A stretch of 64,000 bases of DNA from contig CAWJJC010000005.1 in NCBI GenBank assembly GCA_963843145.1, positions 160,001 through 224,000 on the forward strand, written 5' to 3'. This DNA comes from an uncultured delta proteobacterium (GTDB taxonomy: Bacteria > Desulfobacterota > RBG-13-43-22). Shown one piece after another: positions 57,942 to 64,000 of the stretch. Numbering within the stretch: position 1 is the first letter of the stretch; the number at the start of each line of letters is the position of its first letter. The notes under the pieces are model-generated. The model saw only the letters and a program-made list of their open reading frames with translations. It had not been told where the DNA came from and made no database searches. A program made the translations under genes and the position numbers.

Positions 57942-59654
57942 ATGGACGGAGCGCAAACAGGAACGGCATCGGTGGCGGAAGGGTTGCTCAAGGCGCTGAA
58001 GCGGCGCGGCATCGACTACGTGCTCGCGAACGCGGGCACGGACTTCGCGCCGGTAATCGAAGGACTCGTGCGGCTGCAGGGCCAGCGCGAGGCAATCCCG
58101 CGCTTTATCACCGTGCCGCACGAGAACCTCGCAATGGCGATGGCGCACGGCTACTACCAGGTCGCGGGCAAGCCGGCGGGCGTCATGGTCCACGTCACGG
58201 TGGGCACGGGTAACACCATCTGCGCGCTGATGAACGCCGCGCGCGACAACGTGCCACTGCTGCTGATGGCGGGGCGCACACCGCTGACACAGAACGGGCA
58301 CATCGCGTCGCGTTCGGCGCCCATTCATTGGGGCCAGGAGAATTTCGACCAGGCCGGCGTCGTGCGCGAATACACGAAGTGGGACTTCGAGCTGCGCGCG
58401 GGCCAGCCCGTGGACGAGGTGGTGGGCCGCGCGCTCGAGGTTGCGCTCTCCGAGCCGCGCGGGCCCGTGTATCTCACGCTGCCACGCGAAGTGCTGGCGG
58501 ATGCCGACCGCGCGCAGAACCGGTTGCTGCCGCCGACGGAGCAAGCGCCGCCGCAGCCGAGCAGCAAGCACATCGATCAGGTCGCGGACCTCATTGCGGG
58601 CGCCGAGTGGCCAATGATCTTGACCTCGAATCTCGGCCGCGACACGAGTGCCGTCGGCGTGCTCGCAGAGCTCGCGCAGCGCCATGCGATTCCCGTCGCG
58701 CAACCGCACGCGAGCTGCGTGAACCTGCCGGCGAGCCACCCGTTCAACACGGGGCACGCGGGCACCGAGCTGTTGGCCAAAGCCGACGTGATCATCGTGG
58801 CCGACTGCGAAGTGCCGTGGTACCCGCGGTACGCCACGCCGCGCGCAGACGCGAAAGTCATCCATCTCGGCGTCGATCCGCTCTGGGTGCGCTACCCCAT
58901 CCACTCGTTCCCGGCGCATCTCGCGATTCCCGGCAGCTCGAAGAGCGCGCTCGCCCTTCTCGACGAAGCGCTGCAGGCACGGCGTCTCGACCGCGTCGCT
59001 GCCGAAAAGCGGCGCGTCGCTATCGCGGCTTTCAACGCAACCGTGAGGCAGAAGCGCGCGGCAACAAACGCTGCGGCTCGCGCCGCGAGGCCCATTAGCT
59101 ATTCCTATGTAGGCGCGTGCATCCACGACGCGTTGCCGAAGGACGGCATCGTGATCACGGAGCTCGGTGTGGGGCTCGACGCCATGGAGCTCGAGGAGCC
59201 CGGCAGCCTGCTCGGCGTGAGCATCGGCGGCGGGCTCGGCTTCGGCCTCGGCGCGTCGCTCGGCGCGAAGCTCGCCGCACCGAATCGCATGGTGATCAGC
59301 ACCATGGGCGACGGCAGCTACATGTTCGGCAACCCCACGCCGTTCCACCTCGTGTCGCGCGCCGCGAAGCTGCCCACACTCACGATCATCTGCAACAACG
59401 GCCGCTGGCAGGCGGTGGAGTCCGCGACGCGAGTGGTGTATCCGGACGGCGCCGCGGCGCATGCCGACGAGATGCCGCTCGTCGAGCTGCAACCGTCTCC
59501 GGAGTTCACGAGGGTCGCGGAAGCGTCCGACGCCTGGACGCGCCGAGTCGACGATCCGGGAGAGCTGCCGCGAGCCATCGATGCGGCAATGACGGCCGTG
59601 GCCGGCGGCCGGCAAGCGTTGCTCGACGTGCGCATGGAACACGGCCAGCGTTAA
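57942..59654 (+). CDS. Thiamine pyrophosphate-requiring enzyme (acetolactate synthase-like superfamily)
   Basis: ANAGTDF, PHEN, HVTVGT, GPVYL, GDGSY...CNN TPP motif. Confidence 0.9.
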   Translation: MDGAQTGTASVAEGLLKALKRRGIDYVLANAGTDFAPVIEGLVRLQGQREAIPRFITVPHENLAMAMAHGYYQVAGKPAGVMVHVTVGTGNTICALMNAARDNVPLLLMAGRTPLTQNGHIASRSAPIHWGQENFDQAGVVREYTKWDFELRAGQPVDEVVGRALEVALSEPRGPVYLTLPREVLADADRAQNRLLPPTEQAPPQPSSKHIDQVADLIAGAEWPMILTSNLGRDTSAVGVLAELAQRHAIPVAQPHASCVNLPASHPFNTGHAGTELLAKADVIIVADCEVPWYPRYATPRADAKVIHLGVDPLWVRYPIHSFPAHLAIPGSSKSALALLDEALQARRLDRVAAEKRRVAIAAFNATVRQKRAATNAAARAARPISYSYVGACIHDALPKDGIVITELGVGLDAMELEEPGSLLGVSIGGGLGFGLGASLGAKLAAPNRMVISTMGDGSYMFGNPTPFHLVSRAAKLPTLTIICNNGRWQAVESATRVVYPDGAAAHADEMPLVELQPSPEFTRVAEASDAWTRRVDDPGELPRAIDAAMTAVAGGRQALLDVRMEHGQR

Positions 59655-59658
59655 CGCG

Positions 59659-60699
59659 GTGCGAGCCACACTGAAATCTCTGACTCGCCGCGCGTGGCTC
59701 GAGCACTGCATGCGCTTCGGCGCACTCGGCGTTGCGGGTGCCGCCCTCCCGAGCTTGCTGCGCCCGGGGCGCGCCGCGGCGCAGAGCCTCGTGCCGGCAC
59801 GCGGCGTTCACGTCGTGCTGCTCGGCACGCAGGGCGGGCCGAACTTCAACACCGAGCGCGCGGAAACCGCGAACGCCGTCGTCGTCGACGGCACCCCGTA
59901 CGTCGTCGATCTCGGAGAAGGCGCACTCGCCGCCATGCGCAAAGCGGGAATCGCGTTCCGCGACGTCGCGCGCGTGTTCCTGACGCATCTGCACGACGAT
60001 CACAGCGCTGAAGTCACGTCGTTCCTGACGCACCAGTGGTCCGACGGCCGCATCAAGCCGACGGTAGTGGCGGGCCCATACGGCACGGTGAAGCTCGTGG
60101 AGGCGGCGCTTCACGCGAGCGAAGCGAACGCAGCGATTCGCCTCATCGACGAGGCGCGCAAAACCAAACCCACCGACATCTTCAGCGGCCAGGATCTCGC
60201 GGCCACACCGGAGCCGATCGAGGTCTACCGCGATGAGCGCGTCACCGTGTCGTCGGTCGAGAACACGCACTTCCCCGAAGAGTCGAAGCGCCGCATGCCG
60301 TATCGGTCGCTGTCGTACCGCTTCGACTGCCCCGGGCGCTCGATCGTGTTCTCCGGAGACACGGCGTATTCCGCGGGGCTCGTCAAGCTCGCGCGCGGTG
60401 CTGACGTATTTATCTGCGAGGCGATCGAAGTGTCGAGCATGCGGCACGCGTTCGAGCGCATGGTTGCGAACGGCGCGTATGCCGACAATCCCGAGGGCGT
60501 GTGGGATCACATCGTCGCCACGCACACGACCACGGAGAACGCGGGCCGCATGGCGTCCGAAGCGGGAGTCGGCCTGCTCGTGTTGAACCATCTCGTGCCA
60601 GGCGCCCTGCAGTCCATCAGCGACGCGACCTACATCAAGGGCGCGCACCAGCACTTCAAAGGTAAAGTCGTCGTCGGCAAAGACCTCATGGTGCTGTGA
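59659..60699 (+). CDS. Tat-exported MBL-fold metallo-hydrolase (RNase Z/arylsulfatase-like)
   Basis: TRRAWL signal, LLGTQGGP, THLHDDH, FSGDT, HTT, LNHLVP. Confidence 0.85.
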   Translation: MRATLKSLTRRAWLEHCMRFGALGVAGAALPSLLRPGRAAAQSLVPARGVHVVLLGTQGGPNFNTERAETANAVVVDGTPYVVDLGEGALAAMRKAGIAFRDVARVFLTHLHDDHSAEVTSFLTHQWSDGRIKPTVVAGPYGTVKLVEAALHASEANAAIRLIDEARKTKPTDIFSGQDLAATPEPIEVYRDERVTVSSVENTHFPEESKRRMPYRSLSYRFDCPGRSIVFSGDTAYSAGLVKLARGADVFICEAIEVSSMRHAFERMVANGAYADNPEGVWDHIVATHTTTENAGRMASEAGVGLLVLNHLVPGALQSISDATYIKGAHQHFKGKVVVGKDLMVL

Positions 60700-60712
60700 G
60701 CGCGTAGCGCCT

Positions 60713-60754
60713 CAGCCAGCAGCCAGCAGCCAGCAGCCAGCAGCCAGCAGCCAA
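60713..60754. repeat. Heptamer tandem repeat (CAGCCAG)x5 plus one imperfect unit
   Basis: Read directly from the sequence. Confidence 0.9.
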
Positions 60755-60817
60755 GCGGACAAAGCACTCGGCAGCCGTTGCCACGACTCGCCCGGGCCGT
60801 GGGACGAGTGCTATCCC

Positions 60818-63800
60818 CTAGAAGTCCAGAGCCACCCCCAACGTGAAACGACGGCCGCGTGCATCGCCGATGACGCCGGTGCCGGGGCCAGTGCTGAAGT
60901 TGTCGCTGAAGGCCACCCCCGTCGGGAAACCGAGAAACTCTTGCGGGCCCTTATCGAATAGATCGTTGATGGTCGCGAAGAAGGTTGTGCGGTTGTCTCC
61001 CTTCCCGAAACGATATCTGACGCTGGCATCAAACAGCACCTGGCTCTCGAGCGAATTGTCAGCCACGTCCCACCGCGTGCTGGTGCCGTGGAAGTTGAAG
61101 TTCGGATTAATGAGCACCTCGCCGGTATAGCGAGCCGACAAACTGACGGACAAGGGCCCTTTAATCAGGCTGCTCGAGACTAACCCCGTCCATTGCGGAA
61201 ACATTTGAGGATTCAGAAACTGACCCTGGATCTCAGTCTTCTTACCCGTGCTGTCCTTGCTCGATCGCTCTTTTAGATGGCTTCCCAGGAACCGGACATT
61301 CACGGCGCTGCCACGGAACCAGGGCACGTTCTTGCGGTAGTTGATTTCCAGGTCCACACCCTGGGCTTTAACCGACGCCTGGTTGTAGTACGGCACGCCC
61401 ACTAGCGCGATGGACGGGGTGTTCGGGAATGCCGGCACGGGCGGGCCCGTGCGCGTGATGAACTGGCACAGATCCACGTTATTGTCCACGTAGCACCCGC
61501 TCACTACTTGGGCCGCAGTGATCTGGTTGATGTTATCCGTGACCTCGATGGTGTATGCGTCCACCGAAGCGCTAATGCCCTCGGCCCAATGGGGCTGGTA
61601 GACAAACCCGAAGACCGTAGTTTTGGCGCTCTCGGGTCGAATGTCCGGAGTCCCGTTCGAGAACGTGGTAATCCCGTAGGTCGTGCCGCCGGTCGGGTCC
61701 AGGAAGTAATCGGTCACGTTTGCAACGCCGCCCGTACGGTCGAACTTCTCGCCCATCGTTGCCGCGCGTACGTCCTGTGAGATCGTAGCGCGCAGGCGTA
61801 GTTGATCGTTGACCGTCCAGTCGAAACCGCCTTTCCAGGAGTCGACACCGCCCACACCGGAATAGTCCGCATAGCGGTAGGCCACGTCGAAGTTCAACTG
61901 CTGAACGATGCCGCGTTCGTGAACCAACGGCAGGAGGACCTCGGGAAGGCCTCCGTGACATCCTGCGAACCGCGAGCGAACGGCACGTTCGAGAACTGAA
62001 TTTCCACGCTGTTGCCCGATGCGGCGTTGCCGCCGGGAACGCCGCGAATCCCAAGTGCTGCGTTGTTCGCCATGACCGGCCGGTACGTCGGATCCTCGTT
62101 GATGTTGCCGCCGGGGCCCACCTCGACGACTTGCAGGAAGGATTCCTTGCGGCCTCCGTATCCTGCGGCCATCGTGATCGGGCCCGCCCAGCCGTTGCCG
62201 AGCTTGCCCGTCGGCCGAAATCTCCCAGACATCCTGGTTGATGGTAATGACTCTCTGTTTGTTCTCCCCGCTGATGTAGTCGTACGGGACACACTCGGTC
62301 GCGGAGACGAAGCCATTGGCGTGGATCGGTACCCCCGGCTCGAAGCCGGTGACCCAGTCGACCGCCGCGGCCGAGGCGTGACCGCGGCCGAAGAGGTTTA
62401 GTGGCACACAATTCTGGTACAGGGGATTGAGCGGTGCCCCGGGTGGTCACGGCGACATTGCAGGCGGGTTGCCCGTGCTAGGGTCGTCACGACGTCGGCC
62501 GCCAGAAAGATACGGTCGAGACGTATACCGCCCTTCTGAATCGCTTTCACGTCCGTTTCGCCGGCCTGGTAGTAGCCCTTGATGCCCCAACTACCTCCGA
62601 AGGAGTACTCGAAGCCTGCGGTATAGGAGTCCGTCGTGGTCGTCTGAGTGGTGGCCGATTCGGCGCCGATGTCTTCGGGCGCCCCGATCCGGCTGAACGG
62701 CACCGACGCCAGATGTTGGCCGTCATCGCCGCCTGGATCGCGGCCGGCAGGAACGGGTTACCACTGTAGATCGTGAAATTCCTGCGGAAAGGCGGCGCTG
62801 GCCGGGTACGGGAACAGACCGGGAGTGTTCAGCGAGGTGAAGTCGGCCTTGCTGTGAATCAACTGGCCGAAGACCGAAAACTTGTCGGTGAAGTCGTGCG
62901 TGACGTACAGGAATGTGTTCTCCCGGCCAGAATCCGGCGTGACAGTGATCGAGCCGATTTGGCTGTCGTGACCAGAACCACCATTCGCAACCGAGCAGCC
63001 GGTCGTGCTGCAGGGATTGCCGCGCACGTACGGTGACGGGGTACCGCTCGAATCAAGAATCTGGGTTCCTCCCGCCGCGGTCGGGAGATAAAAAATTCCA
63101 TCGATGTCGTAGCCGAGGGCACGGACATCGTTCACTGCGATGTAGAACGGATTGGTTGGAGAACTACCCGCGCCCGCAGCCGGGTTGTCGATCAAGCCGC
63201 GGTTCTTGTACCAGTCGTAGTGCAGAGCGGCCGAACCCCAGATCGGATCCTGTCGCTCCTTTTCTACGTTGAACAGAATGTGAGTCTTTTTCCCCACATC
63301 GAAGCCACCACCCGCGGACACCTTATAGTTCCTGTTATCCCCCTCCGAGTTGGCGCCGTACTGGACGTTGGCTTTGATGCCCTTTAAGTTTTTATCGAGG
63401 ATGAAGTTCACGACGCCCGCGACGGCGTCGGTTCCATAGGCGGCCGAAGCACCACCGGTCACGGTTTCCACCGTTCGCACCAGGTTCTCGGGAAACAGGT
63501 TGATGTCCGGACCGCCGAAAATCGTCGACGGGACTACTCGGCGACCGTCTAGGAGTTGCAGCGTACGTTTGCTCTGAAGGCCGCGCAGGTCCAAGGAGCC
63601 CGCCCCAGTGCTCGTGAAGAACGGCGACGGCGTTTGGGTCGTCGCTGAACCGTAAAACTGTGGCAACTCCGAAAGACCTTCGATCAAATTCGTGGGCGCG
63701 AGTACCGACAGTTCTGCGGGAGTGACGACAGTGACGGGAACCGGCGTGTCCATCCCATTCGTATTGGTGATACGAGATCCGGTAACGACAATCTCTTCGG

Positions 63801-63924
63801 TCGGTTGCTGGGCGAAGGAAATGTGGTAGACGAGGCTGGTCGCGATGCATGCAAGGCCGAGCGGACGAATCGTCGGATGGCGGCGGCTCTTCGAGAACGC
63901 GCCCGATAGCGGTTGGTGTCGCAT
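60818..63924 (-). pseudogene. TonB-dependent receptor, broken by several frameshifts
   Basis: EEIVVTGSRI TonB box, LDLRGL..RTL.L.DGRR plug, GGASAAYG..AVAGVVN, C-terminal GRRFTLGVALDF; spread over four ORF pieces. Confidence 0.85.
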
Positions 63925-64000
63925 TACCCCCCCAAAATTTGTCGATCGTTATGTTTTCAAACCAGCTGATGGAGGGCCCGCGGACCAACATCTGAGCAAG

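Noticed and set aside
57927-59711. Long antisense ORFs (594 aa here; also 56698-57855, 59506-60654, 54376-55554, 18125-19036, 25041-25943)
   Set aside because: Shadow frames of well-supported genes in GC-rich DNA with no recognisable motifs.
1-64000. CRISPR array or cas genes
   Set aside because: No regularly spaced 25-45-bp repeats with unique spacers and no cas-like ORF; the repeats seen are heptamer tracts and REP-like palindromes.
54051-64000. Genuine horizontally acquired island
   Set aside because: There are no mobility genes or att sites and both flanking genes are cut mid-domain, so an artefactual join is more parsimonious.

Overview
The window joins two compositionally different segments. 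From 1 to about 54,050 the DNA is moderate-GC and Desulfobacterota (deltaproteobacterial)-like. It carries housekeeping genes (iorAB, hisD, lepB, pyrBC, tatC, two tRNA-Ser, bamD, trxBA, purM, rpmB, relA/spoT, proS, a frameshifted ispG), an acyl-CoA ligase/acyl-CoA dehydrogenase/Liv-type ABC uptake cluster, a Cache sensor kinase with a NarL-type regulator, an MSHA-like type IV pilus locus, and several families of dispersed intergenic repeats. At about 54,051 the sequence switches abruptly, mid-gene on both sides, to high-GC, CpG-rich DNA (VWA/DUF4159 genes, a TPP enzyme, a Tat-exported MBL hydrolase, a frameshifted TonB receptor); this is most likely a contig join or chimera. The strongest candidate for an undescribed system is a compact RiPP locus at 5,251-6,990. 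It consists of a 20-aa Lys/Cys-rich ORF missing from the ORF track (MKIRKVVKVSKGLCKCKKTC) with its own promoter, RBS and terminator, then a Cys-rich duplicated-motif protein, then a radical SAM/SPASM enzyme with an RRE-like N-terminus. Other notable items are a pyrL-like leader and attenuator before pyrB, an indel-riddled third pilin copy, a sigma54 promoter at the pilins, a MITE with an invertible core, and a structured RNA candidate after tRNA-Ser(GCU). All assignments come from reading motifs by eye; no database searches were run.
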